Part shown: positions 20,224-29,977 of the stretch, in pieces | Layout: every line of letters begins with the position of its first letter | How positions within the stretch are numbered: position 1 is the first letter of the stretch | Source: Candidatus Saccharimonadota bacterium | GTDB lineage: Bacteria; Patescibacteriota; Gracilibacteria; Absconditabacterales; Absconditicoccaceae | Direction: 5' to 3' | NCBI GenBank assembly: GCA_030429145.1 | Contig: JAUIDC010000001.1 | Coordinates: forward strand, 660,001-692,000 | Length of the DNA: 32,000 bases | Notes under the pieces: model-generated | Told to the model about the DNA's origin: nothing | The model's database searches: none | Seen by the model: the letters and a program-made list of their open reading frames with translations, nothing else | Made by a program: the position numbers and the translations under genes

Positions 20224-20651
20224 AAAATATACGTAGTGCCTACAATGTAGGTAATGTGATCCGTACAGCAGATGCTCTTTGATGGGATGTTGCTTTTTGT
20301 GGTTATACGCCGACGCCGATGAATCAGCCAAAAGTCGTAAAGACTTCATTGGGGGCAGAGAAATCTGTTGGTTGCAGAAGTTTTGAGGATACTGCTAATG
20401 CTGTAGAACTGCTACGCAAAGAATGATATGAGATCATTGCTGCGGAGATTACTGATGATGCTATAGGATTGGCTGAGTATACTCGTGATACAAAAAAACC
20501 TCTTGCCGTAGTGTTTGGCAATGAGGTTGTGGGAGTAGAAGGTGATACCTTACAGCTGGTTGATAGAGTGGTATATATCCCTATGAAAGGAGAAAAGGAA
20601 TCACTTAATATTGGGCAGAGTGCTGCGATATTTATGCGGCATCTTTGATAA
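20202..20651 (+). CDS. SpoU/TrmH-family RNA 2'-O-methyltransferase (149 aa)
   Basis: Motif 1: NIRSAYNVGNVIRTADAL[TGA=G]W. Motif 2: VVFGNEVVGV. Motif 3: IPMKGEKESLNIGQSAAIFM. The gene ends ...HL-TGA-TAA. Confidence 0.75.
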
Positions 20652-21078
20652 GATAGTGTTCCTTAACACTACTAGGAAATGATTTCCCATAGGTTTTTAC
20701 AAATGGCTCTCGTGAGTAGGCTTCTCGATGTTCAATTTTCTCTTCTGCAACCTCAAGGAGATCTGTGTCTTTAATCTCTTTCCTGAAGCTCATATTTATC
20801 TGTACATTTACAAATATTTCTTGCAGTTCATCCTTAAGGGCGGATGCGGCAGCAAGTAGCTCAGGAGTTTGTGTTCTATGTTCATATGCTTGCTTGATAA
20901 TTTTTGTGATATTGTTGAAGTAGTCATTGTAGGTTTCATAGAAGTTTTTCAATACATTGTGATCTACCTTTTCAGAAAATAACTTGTCTCACAAGGTATT
21001 TGCAAGTGCTTCATTTTCACCCCTGTAGACAGGAGAGCTATAAAAAGGCACGTGGATGTTTTGAGATTTATTTATCAT
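20632..21078 (-). CDS. Hypothetical protein (148 aa)
   Basis: The ATG at 21078 extends track ORF 20632-20952 through one TGA (20989). Stop is TAA at 20632. Its 3' end overlaps the convergent SpoU gene by 20 nt. I recognise no family. Confidence 0.5.
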
Positions 21079-21140
21079 TTTATGTTTTTACTTAATAGGT
21101 ATATATTAAGTATATCGTTTTATTGAAAGAAAATCAAATT

Positions 21141-22607
21141 TTACAGTCCGTCTACCATAACCATGAGATCTTGCTCGAGCTGTTTGTCATGTCTCATAAG
21201 TTTCTCGAAGTTCTCTATCGCGTAGATAACAGTTGCGTGGTTACGTCATCCAAAGTAATCTCCGATCTTCTCTAGTGTTCGGTCAAAGTACTTTTTCGCA
21301 ATGAACATGAGCATTTGTCTTGCTTGAGAGATCTCTTTTTTTCTACTATCTCATCTGACGTCGTTGACAGAGATATTGTAGTAGTTTGCTGCTTTATCGA
21401 CGATCTTTGAGAATGCTCCTGTACTTCTGTTGCTTACAGCTGTTGGTGTTTCTTCTTCGTCTGGTGTTACTTTGTATCCGAGTGTTCCAAGGCAGTCCAA
21501 CACGTCTTCAGTTTCGATCTCTTTTTCCATAAGAGCTTTCTTTGTCATAAGGATGTTGAGAGCTCCTTCTAGTTCTCTCACGTTTGTCTTGATGTGTTTT
21601 GCAAGCAACCCAAGCTCTTCACCAGAAAGTCTCTCACCGCGATTTGCCAATTTCGACTGAAGAATTGCAACTCTTGTCTCGTAGTCTGGAGCTTTAATGT
21701 CACAAACAAGACCAATAGCAAAGCGAGTTCTCAGTCTTTCTTCAAGAAGGGTAAGTTCTCTTGGCGCACGATCAGAGGTAAGGATGATCTGTTTCTTTTT
21801 TGACTGAAAATCATTGAAGATATTGTGAAATACCTCCTGTGTCTTTTCTTTTTCCGCGATAAATTGGATGTCATCAATCATGAGGACATCAATACTATCG
21901 AGTCTTTGCATAAGGTCATGCATCTTGTTTTTTCTTGTTGCATCAACTATCTCATCGATAAGCTTGGTAGCAGGGAGGTAGACTACTACTTTGTCAGTAT
22001 AGAGCTTCATGATTTCATTACCGATAGCCTGCATGAGATGTGTTTTCCCAAGTCCAACTTGTCCGTAGATGAAAAGAGGATTGTATGCTGTACCTGGCTT
22101 TTCAGCGGTTTGCTGTGCTGCGTTAAATGCCATTTTACTGCTAGATCCAGCAACGAAGTTGTCGAAAGTAAATTTCTCATCGAACATAATACCGAATTGA
22201 TCGGTGAAAGTTTTCTTCGTTTTATTGTCGATTTTCATTTCTTTCTCAGGTTTGTCTGCAATGTTGAGTACCTTTTTGAGATCAATGAGTAGGTCATGTT
22301 TACCCGCTTGAAAAGGTGCATAACAGATGAGTTTGAGAGAAAATTGTGGATTGTAGACGTCTTCTATCGCTTGATTCAGCCCTTTAGTAAGAAATTTTTT
22401 AATCTGAGAAAGTGAGAATTCGTTCGCAACGCCCACATAGATATGTTTGGTCTTTTCATCAATCGCTACGATACCGCTCTTACTGAGAAACGTAAAAATC
22501 TTTTTTATATCGTAGTGCTGTCCGAGGTGGATAACTATCTTGATCCAGAGCTCTTTAAGAAACTGCTTTTGCTCTGTATCATAATCTTTAATCATATCAA
22601 CTAACAT
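21141..22607 (-). CDS. dnaA: Chromosomal replication initiator DnaA (488 aa)
   Basis: Track ORF 21351-22607 has Walker A GQVGLGKTHL, the box VLMIDDIQF and the sensor LTSDR. It continues through the TGA at 21351 into domain IV: SQARQMLMFIAKKY...IGDYFG[TGA=G]RNHATVIYA (consensus FGGRDHTTV). Stop is TAA at 21141. Confidence 0.95.
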
Positions 22608-22718
22608 GATAATCTCAGACAGGAATAAAATACCGGTGCCTGTAACGATACGAAAGTAGATAGAGTTTTCAACACAATTAAGAGAATATTTTTCACTGTT
22701 TTGCTTGACAAAAATATA

Positions 22719-22746
22719 TTGATAATTTTAAAAAATATCTTATAGT
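22719..22746 (+). promoter_or_regulatory. Sigma70-like promoter for the 22768 gene
   Basis: TTGATA (22719-22724), a 16-nt spacer, then TATAGT (22741-22746). It ends 21 nt upstream of the ATG at 22768. Confidence 0.4.
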
Positions 22747-22767
22747 ATAAATCTAAATCGAATAATT

Positions 22768-23169
22768 ATGAAACAGAAAAGATCATTAGCAGATAGTCCG
22801 GTGAGGTTCTCTCTGGCCGTTATATTTATTACTGTTACTTTAGGGCTGATTGTCATCTCATTTGTGCATTGGCCTCCAGAGACCATGCTTTTGTTGTTGT
22901 GTGTTAATCAGGTTATTAAGAACTGGAAAGAAGTTTTAGCAATATGTGTTATTTCTTTCTTTACCTGCCTGATTTCCTTCTCAATAGTTTCATTGCTTGG
23001 TTGGTTATTTGACTGGGGAGAAGCAATGCGAACTGTAAGTCTTATTTTATTGGGCATTTATGTCCTGGGACTTATTCTTGATGAACATAATCGTCAGCCA
23101 TATATTTGGTTATGGCAAGAAGGGAAGAGACTATTTCGTCGTAAAGCTGGACCAATGCTATTAAACTAA
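22768..23169 (+). CDS. Small membrane protein (133 aa, 3-4 predicted helices)
   Basis: Uninterrupted ORF with hydrophobic segments (FSLAVIFITVTLGLIVISFV, VLAICVISFFTCLISFSIVSLLGWL, VSLILLGIYVLGLIL). Stop is TAA, followed by a strong terminator. I recognise no family. Confidence 0.55.
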   Translation: MKQKRSLADSPVRFSLAVIFITVTLGLIVISFVHWPPETMLLLLCVNQVIKNWKEVLAICVISFFTCLISFSIVSLLGWLFDWGEAMRTVSLILLGIYVLGLILDEHNRQPYIWLWQEGKRLFRRKAGPMLLN

Positions 23170-23188
23170 TGAACTGTCATTATTTGAT

Positions 23189-23217
23189 AAAGCCGCTGTA
23201 ATACAGCGGCTTTTTTC
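23189..23217. terminator. Bidirectional rho-independent terminator
   Basis: AGCCGCTGT-AAT-ACAGCGGCT followed by TTTTTT. It lies between the convergent 22768 gene (+) and the UPF0371 gene (-). Confidence 0.8.
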
Positions 23218-24311
23218 TATTCTTCTTTTTCTATTCTATTCTTCTCAAACTCCTGTGCTTTCTCATAGAGCTTGTCGCTCATCTCTAGCCATTTTTTGTC
23301 TCCTTCTCATCTTTCTACTACTTGGCTGTATCGTTCTTTTCTTCTGAGGATTTCCTCTGTTGAGGCCTTGCGACACTGCTCGTCATTGGTTATTGCGAAG
23401 CCAGCTTTATTGATTCCCATGTCGGTTGGGGATTGGTAGCTTCTCGTGAAATTCTTTTCAGGAAGGAAGCTGTTTGCTAGCTTTTTGACGATCTCAAACG
23501 CTTCGACATCGCGGTTGTAATTAACACTTTTTTCGCCATAAGCCTTTTCGTGAAATGGGTCGTACATGTTGTAGTCTCCAATGTCGATGGTTGCAGCTTC
23601 ATATGCTAGGTTAATGGGATGCTCGAGAGGAAGATTCCAGATAGGAAACGTTTCGTATTTTGCATATCCACTATCTACGCCATGAGTATATTCGTGGTAG
23701 ATTTGACCAAGACAGGTGGACATTTTACCGCTGTTTGAAGCAGCGCCTGTGACGATGACAAGCTTGTTTGTTACAGGTATGTACTCGTCTTTTCCATAAC
23801 CATCCTTGCTCAACACCTTCTCTGTCTCATGAGGATATCCATCCATCATATATCTTTTGAAGAGCTCATATCCTGCAAAGGTTGAAAGCACTCTCAGCAT
23901 ATTGGCACTGTTTTTCTCCTCGATAGGAATCATATTGACAGCAATATATGGTTTAATCCCAAGACTTCATTCGATCTTACTTACCATTTTTTTACAGTAG
24001 GTGAGATAGTCTATATCTTCATTGCTCAACTGTCTGTCACTCACGATGTCTTTATAGTTGATGCAGAAAATAATATCAGCCTCTGATGCGAGATTTTTAA
24101 AAATCTTTCTTTTACTTTCTGGATCGAAACCAGGCAACACTCTCGCAGCATGTGGATCATATAAAAACTTTCCACCTATCTCGAGGTAGAGTCTTCCACT
24201 GAACTTATTCATCCTTTCACGAATGGCTTCCGCCTGGAGCTCAATATATTTCGCTCCATCAAATCAGATCTGTTCAGCTGTATATTCGATAATGTCAGAA
24301 GAGTTTATCAT
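23217..24311 (-). CDS. UPF0371/DUF1846-family protein (364 aa)
   Basis: The ATG at 24311 gives MINSSDIIEYTAEQI[TGA=G]FDGAKYIELQAEAIRERMNKFSGRLYLEIGGKFLYDPHAARVLPGFDP. Later motifs: TGAASNSGKMSTCLGQIYH, SGYAKYETFPIWNLPLEHPINLAYEAAT, SPTDMGIN. ORFs 23967-24212 and 23307-23933 are joined by TGA. Stop is TAG at 23217. Confidence 0.7.
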
Positions 24312-24351
24312 AGTGTGCGTCTACGAAAATAAGATAAATGATTACCTTATA

Positions 24352-24380
24352 AGTATACTCTCTGATTTGCTTTTTGTCAA
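24352..24380 (-). promoter_or_regulatory. Strong sigma70-like promoter for the UPF0371 gene
   Basis: On the minus strand: TTGACA (24380-24375), a 17-nt spacer, then TATACT (24357-24352). It ends about 40 nt upstream of the ATG at 24311. Confidence 0.55.
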
Positions 24381-24400
24381 AAATATAATAGGTGAAATGC

Positions 24401-26494
24401 CTATTTTACAATCTTTTCGTGAATAGTCATCTCTATCTCCTTGAGAAATTTTTGATAGATTTTCGATGAGATGATCTCCTTGTTTTGTAGGTCAGTGATG
24501 ATCTTTTCTTCTTGGTCCATTAGTCATTTTTCAAAAAGCTTATTATTGAGTATGTTGATATCATCTTTGTGTTCTGCGTAGATCTCTTGCATCCTTGCAA
24601 CGGCCATAGCGTGAAATTGGGCATAGAGAGATTCCACTTCTTCTACTATGCGTGAAGGGTAGCCGCATTCCATACTCTTCAGCGAGTCAAGATATCTCAG
24701 AACTCTCGAGATGATAATTTCTTTTGTTCTATTTTTTATGTATGCTTGCTTATAGTCTCATGTGCCACGATGAAGAGTCATATTTATCTTTGTGAGCATA
24801 TCGTAGCTGGTTGTTTTTTCTTCAATACCTTTAATCTGGGCTTGTCACTCATGTATTCTATCAATTTGCGTGTCTATCTTGTAGATGAGGTGTAGGTAAA
24901 GATTTTCTGACATCTCATTGGTATGATAGAGCCTTTTGACATACTGTTTTTCTACTCCAAGTGCCTCTAGTGAGATGGCCTGAAAGATGATGCGTTCAGC
25001 ATCTTCAGTCTTCTTCATAAAAGTGCAGATGTTATTCCTTGTATTTTCTATCTTACGGGTAAATGTATTTTTGAGGTGAGTGTAGTTGTCGTCGGTAAGG
25101 TGGTAATGTGTTTTCATGAACTCGATTTTTTCAAGAATTTTATGATAGATGAGAAGTTCGGACTGATATTGTTCAAAATCATCTAGTGGTGACTTGTCTC
25201 ATATATGTAACTTTTTCAAAAGAAGGGTAATAGTAGTTCCTTTTACAAAAAGACTATAGAGAATTTTTGTAATGACAATAGTCATCAGGAAGGCTTTTAT
25301 AGAAAAATCAAATTCCCATCCAGGAATAGTGAAGCTGTTATCAATGAGGAGGACCATCATAAATGCTAGTGCTCACCTGAGACTTCATCGTGCTAAGAGA
25401 TGTTGCCAAGCCATAGGAATGCGCTTCTCAATGCGTAAGAGATTGAGGATGTTGATAGGTAGATAGACACTGATCGCTCTCGCTAGACTTGTTATCACAA
25501 GTAGCACAATGATCGGCCAAATAATAACGTTAAATGGGATAGTGATATCATTGATCATCAGACCAATGAGGATAAATACGAGTGAGTTTGCGGCAAAAGC
25601 AAAGAATGACCAGAACTTTTCCATCGCTTCTTCTACCTTTGGAGAAATTTTTGTTCTTCCATAATTTCCCATGATGATAGCAGCGTATGCGGTAGCAATT
25701 ACACCAGATATTTTTACTCCAAATCAACCTATAATAACGTTGGCACTGATAAGATCTGCCACAAGAAAGGTGAAATGTGCAAGGAGCATAGTCAACAATA
25801 TCTCTACTGGTTCATTGTTTTTAATTCTTTTGATCATGTATGCGAAGCCAAATCAGAAAACTGCTCCAAGAGCAATTCCACCGATAATCATGGAGAGAAA
25901 CTGTGTTATACCAGAAACAAGAATTCATTGGCTAAATACACCTGAACGAATGATCTCATAGATGACTAAGAAGAGAGCAAGGCCGGTTCCATCATTGAAA
26001 AGGCTTTCTCCCTCAAAGAGAAGGGTCAGTCTTTTTGGAGCTCCGAACTCTTTGAAAAGAGCTAGTACAGCGACCGGGTCGGTAGAAGAGATGATCGCTC
26101 CAAAGAGGAGGACTATAGAAAAAGGGATATTGTATCAAAATTTTTGGAGCACGAAGGAACCAGTTCGACCGATGATCAGAGCGGATATGATGAGGCCAAC
26201 AATAGCGAGAGACCGTATTGCTCGTGTGTTTTTTGATATTTCTCTATACTTGATGTTGTATGCTGATTCGAAGAGGAGGATCGGTAGAAAAACATAGAAC
26301 AACAACTCTGGTGTAAGTGAAAAACTATCAAGAAATGAGAATGCAGATAACTTTGACAGCGGAGCGAGGAGAAGTCCAATGACAACTAATAAGATAGTGT
26401 ATGATACTTTGATTCTTTTCGAAAGCACATTTGTTAGTCCCGCTATCACGAGTAACAACAATATAGCAATGGTAGTTGATATAAATCCGTCCAT
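24401..26494 (-). CDS. nhaP: Na+(K+)/H+ antiporter, CPA1 (NhaP/NHE-type) with a long cytoplasmic C-terminal domain (697 aa)
   Basis: ORFs 26135-26494, 25385-25672 and 24845-25117 share a frame. I checked every intervening codon and the only interruptions are TGA (10 in total). Motifs: LLFESAYN, FGAIISSTDPVAVLALF, LFEGESLFNDGTGLALF. Stop is TAG at 24401. Confidence 0.85.
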
Positions 26495-26565
26495 GAGAGA
26501 TTTTCTTTCACATTTTTTAAAGCAGCGGAGGAGAGGATATACAACTGGATAATCTTTTGCAAGAA

Positions 26566-26590
26566 TAAAAAAAGCCTCCGAGAGGAGGCG
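26566..26590 (-). terminator. Rho-independent terminator
   Basis: On the minus strand: GCCTCC-TCTC-GGAGGC followed by TTTTTTT. It begins 22 nt after the TAA of the 26612-27013 gene. Confidence 0.75.
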
Positions 26591-26611
26591 AATTACATGT
26601 GTAGAATAAGA

Positions 26612-27013
26612 TTATTTCTTTTTCTTGGTTTTTTGTATTTTTGCTATTCTTAATGTTTTGCCTCATGCTTGTTTTCATATAACCTTATTAGTTGTGTTTG
26701 CTGTTTCTGTTTGTTTTCTCTGTCTTTCTGCATGAGATGTAACATGTGCATAAAAACCTTTTAGATGCTGTCTGAGCCATTCTTGCTCCCTAAACACAGC
26801 ATTTTCATAGCCATTTTGTGCTGAGTGATGTGCTGCATCAACTGGTATATTGTTGTGTGGGAAGTAGCGTGGAGCAGGACTGCTAGAGAGGGAAATAACT
26901 ATGGCTTTCTTTGTTTTATCTGTATTGTTTATGTTTCCTCATGATGGTTGGGAGGATGGGTCTTCACTGAGTCATTCTGATCCATTCAAAGGTACATTAT
27001 TGCTTGCTCACAT
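26612..27013 (-). CDS. Hypothetical protein (133 aa) with a Lys-rich tail, visible only under table 25
   Basis: No ORF of 60 aa or more exists here in the supplied track. With TGA=Gly (5 codons: 27008, 26972, 26939, 26675, 26663) the frame is open from 27136 to TAA at 26612. I checked it codon by codon and found no TAA or TAG. The sequence includes ...RYFPHNNIPVDAAHHSAQNGYENAVFREQEWLRQHLKGFYAH...KIQKTKKKK. A terminator follows. An alternative start is the ATG at 27130. Confidence 0.5.
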
Positions 27014-27169
27014 AATCTTATTCGACAATGAATAAAAGCGTCCAGTGGAAAGTGTAGAGAAGAAAAGAAACTTTTCAATAGTATATTTTTTTGGAATGTT
27101 CTTGCATTTTGTGATAGCATCTATATACATTACGTGCTATATTTTATATGTAAGCGAATAAGATAATAG

Positions 27170-28123
27170 ATGTACGATTTTGATCCACAGAAAGATTATT
27201 ATAGTGTCTTAGGCCTTAGTGAAGGGGCTACTGATGAGGAGATAAAGAAGGCTTATCGTAAGCTTGCTATGCAGTATCATCCAGATAGAAATAAGGGTGA
27301 TAAAGAGGCAGAAGAGAAATTTAAAGAAATTAATGCTGCAAAGGATGTCATTGGTAATCCCCAAAAGCGTCAGCAGTATGATGCCGTGAGAAAAGGAGGT
27401 TTCGGTTGATTCGGTTGAGGTGGTTTCGGTGATGGCGGATTTGGTTGATTTAGTACCGATGGTGCAACCTTCCAGTTTGGTGGAGGAGATATTGGAGATA
27501 TCTTTGGTGATCTACTAGGTGGTTTCTTTGGCTGAGGTGGAGGATTTTCAAATAGACCACGTAGAGGTGATGACTTGGAGATGATCATGAATATTTCATT
27601 TGAGCAGTCGTATTTTGGCTTAGAGAAGGAAATAGAGTATGTCGTGATCACTGACTATGATATGGAGACGAGACGTGCTCATGAGGCAAAGAAGAAGATA
27701 GAAGTCAAAGTGCCAGCAGGTATCATGTCATGACAATATATAAAATTTTCAGGAGAGGGGCACGCAGGCCGTAATGGTTGACCAGCAGGCGACCTCTACA
27801 TTAAGATCATGGTGAAACCTGCAAACAACTGGCAACGTGAGGGTGATAATATTGTCGTGAAAGCTGACGTCTCTGTTTATGACCTCGTGCTCGGTGCTGA
27901 CATTCCTGTGGAACACCCAGATGGGAAATTGACAGTGAAGATACCTAAAGGAACGCAAGTGACGGACATCCTCAAAGTTTCCAACAGAGGATTCCCAAAG
28001 ATGTCGAGCGGACTTGGAAGTAAAAAAGGAGACATGCTCGTCAAACTCCGTGTCAGCATGCCCAAGAAAATTTCGAAAAAAGAAGAAAAGCTTTGGAGAG
28101 AGCTGGCAGGTAGAGGTGAGTAG
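27170..28123 (+). CDS. cbpA: J-domain co-chaperone, type II (CbpA-like DnaJ without the zinc-finger domain), 317 aa
   Basis: J domain: [33 protein letters not shown]. The G/F region is written partly in TGA: GGFG[TGA]FG[TGA]GGFGDGGFG[TGA]F...GGFFG[TGA]GGGF. The substrate-binding CTDs include GRNG[TGA]PAGDLYIKI (consensus GGPxGDLYV). No CxxCxGxG repeats are present. Stop is TAG at 28121. Confidence 0.88.
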
Positions 28124-28154
28124 TGAAAATGCATATCTCATTCTCATAAAAGGA

Positions 28155-28178
28155 AAAGAGCCATATGGCTCTTTTTTA
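28155..28178. terminator. Bidirectional rho-independent terminator
   Basis: Perfect palindrome AAGAGCCAT/ATGGCTCTT (28156-28173) followed by a T-run. It lies between the convergent cbpA-like gene (+) and the 28176-28952 gene (-), whose TAA sits in the T-run. Confidence 0.75.
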
Positions 28179-28952
28179 TTTTTCTGTTTGTATACGTAAG
28201 GCTTGTAGTCCGTCGGTTAGATAAATAATAGGTTCTCCATTTTTACCAACGCAATACCCCATGTTTTCTAGATTTTCTGCTCACTCATTCCCATGATAAT
28301 CTCTGGCACTAAAATCATCTGATACTAGCACTTTCCCTTCAGGTATTGTAACGTTAAATGCGTAGTATTTATCATCTATAGATAGATCTTCTCCTTTAGA
28401 TTGATCTTTGCTCGCCAGCATGTGTACGGTATCATGTCGATCTACAATAAACTTTTGAATAGAATCTATGTGCTCAGAAGAGATTTCGACCTCTCATGTA
28501 GAGATGCTTCTGAAGTCTGTTAGACCTTCTATCCATTCTACGATGGTTATTTCTTTGTTGTCTTTTCTAGTATGGTAATATATTTTAGGAATCTTTAACT
28601 CATATGGTGGTTTATCAGGGTAATAGCTATCTTTTATCTTGTTGGCGATGATTTTATATCCTTTGAAAATAGCAGCTGCCCATGCTTTATGATCTATGTT
28701 AGTGTGAGGGTGCTCATTGTTATCTCCTATAATTCCTACATACTTCTTTCATCCTAACATAAATGACTTCACAGTTCATGTCCTATTTAAATCTCGAGTA
28801 TTTGCTTTGTTGTTTTTTAACCATTTCATAAAATCACCATCTAATATCTCAGAAAGAGATCTACTGATTTCCTTCTCTCTGCCTGAGGTTAATCATTGAT
28901 GGGGTCTGTTGTTCCAATTCTCACTATCACCAGGAATGTGTTTTCGACGCAT
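28176..28952 (-). CDS. Hypothetical protein (258 aa), visible only under table 25
   Basis: There is no minus-strand ORF in the supplied track here. With TGA=Gly (5 codons: 28893, 28776, 28749, 28494, 28281) the frame is open from the ATG at 28952 to TAA at 28176. I verified it triplet by triplet. The sequence is MRRKHIPGDSENWNNRPHQ...GDNNEHPHTNIDHKAWAAAIFKGY...EWIEGLTDF...CVGKNGEPIIYLTDG. I recognise no family. Confidence 0.55.
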
Positions 28953-28958
28953 ATAAAA

Positions 28959-28980
28959 AGTATACCCAAGAAGGTATACT
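28959..28980 (-). terminator. Hairpin (possible weak terminator or attenuator) between ruvB and the next gene
   Basis: AGTATACC-CAAGAA-GGTATACT is a perfect 8-bp stem, 17 nt after the ruvB TAA. On the minus strand it is followed by only TTTTAT and then the ATG at 28952. Confidence 0.4.
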
Positions 28981-28996
28981 TTTGCAAAAATATGAA

Positions 28997-29947
28997 TTAC
29001 ACTATAATTCTTCCTTTCGTTGTCTTCTCTATCTTACCAAGTTTGAGAAGTAGCGGTTCGATATCTTCCTCGATAGACTTTTCTGAGACTCAGAGCTTTG
29101 CTGCGAGTGTTTTGACTCCGACTGGGGCGTCGTACTCTCAGAGCACATCAAGATATTTTTTATGGAGAGAGGTGAGTCATCACTTGTCGATGTTGACCCA
29201 TTGGTCAAAGTCCTCTCGAAATGACTCATCGAACGAAAAGTCCTTGCCATTGTGTTCGGTATGAGAGATAAGATAGTCTCTGATCTTGACGATAAAGTTG
29301 TGAATTTCTCTTGGTGTAGACTCTACTTTCTCTTCGATCCTTTGGATGATAGCATCTATTGCTTCGATAAAATAGAGCTTCATATATCTTTTGATGATTT
29401 GAATTTTTTCTTCTTGTGAGTAGTCGTTGAAGTGAAACTTATAGACGAATCTATTTTTGAGCGGAGTGGCCACAGCTTCCAGTCTGGTCGTTGCGCCAAT
29501 AAGTGTAAATGGATTGATAGGAATCCTTACGCTTCCGCCTTCAGGCATGACCATGTCGATGACAAAGTCTTCCATCGCAATGTAGAGTATCTCTTCGATA
29601 TTTGGCTTTAGTCTATGGATTTCATCGATAAAGAGGATGTCTCATTTTTCGACATTATTCAGGATAGAGATGAGCTCTGAAGGCTTTGTGATAGCGTAGC
29701 CGGTCACGATTTTGATGTTCACGCCAAGCTCTTTTGCAATGATCTGAGCTAGCGTTGTTTTTCCATGTCCGCTTTCACCAGAAAACAGGATATGCCCGAG
29801 GGGATGTCCTGCTTGTTTTGCTGACTTGATAGCTGTATATACAATTCTTTTTATCTCTTCCTGTCCAATGAACTCGGCCAACAGTCATGGTCTTATCGGT
29901 GCGCTTTCATCTTGTTTCGTCTCGACGCGTATCTTCTTAATTTCCAT
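28997..29947 (-). CDS. ruvB: Holliday junction DNA helicase RuvB (316 aa)
   Basis: The ATG at 29947 gives MEIKKIRV...RP[TGA=G]LLAEFIGQEEIK. Walker A: GESGHGKTTLA. Walker B: ILFIDEIHRL. Also EEILYIAMEDF. The C-terminal winged helix reads NIDK[TGA][TGA]LTSLHKKYLDVL[TGA]EYDAPVGVKTLAAKL[TGA]VSEKSIEEDIEPLLLKLG. ORFs 29642-29881 and 29180-29575 are joined by TGA. Stop is TAA at 28997. Confidence 0.92.
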
Positions 29948-29977
29948 CTGCTCAGCAATTGTATATGCATAAAATGA

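Noticed and set aside
27370-27651. The Pro-rich 93-aa minus-strand ORF, and the ORFs at 27749-28147 and 27877-28134.
   Set aside because: They are reverse-complement shadows of the Gly/Phe-rich linker and C-terminal domains of the DnaJ-like gene.
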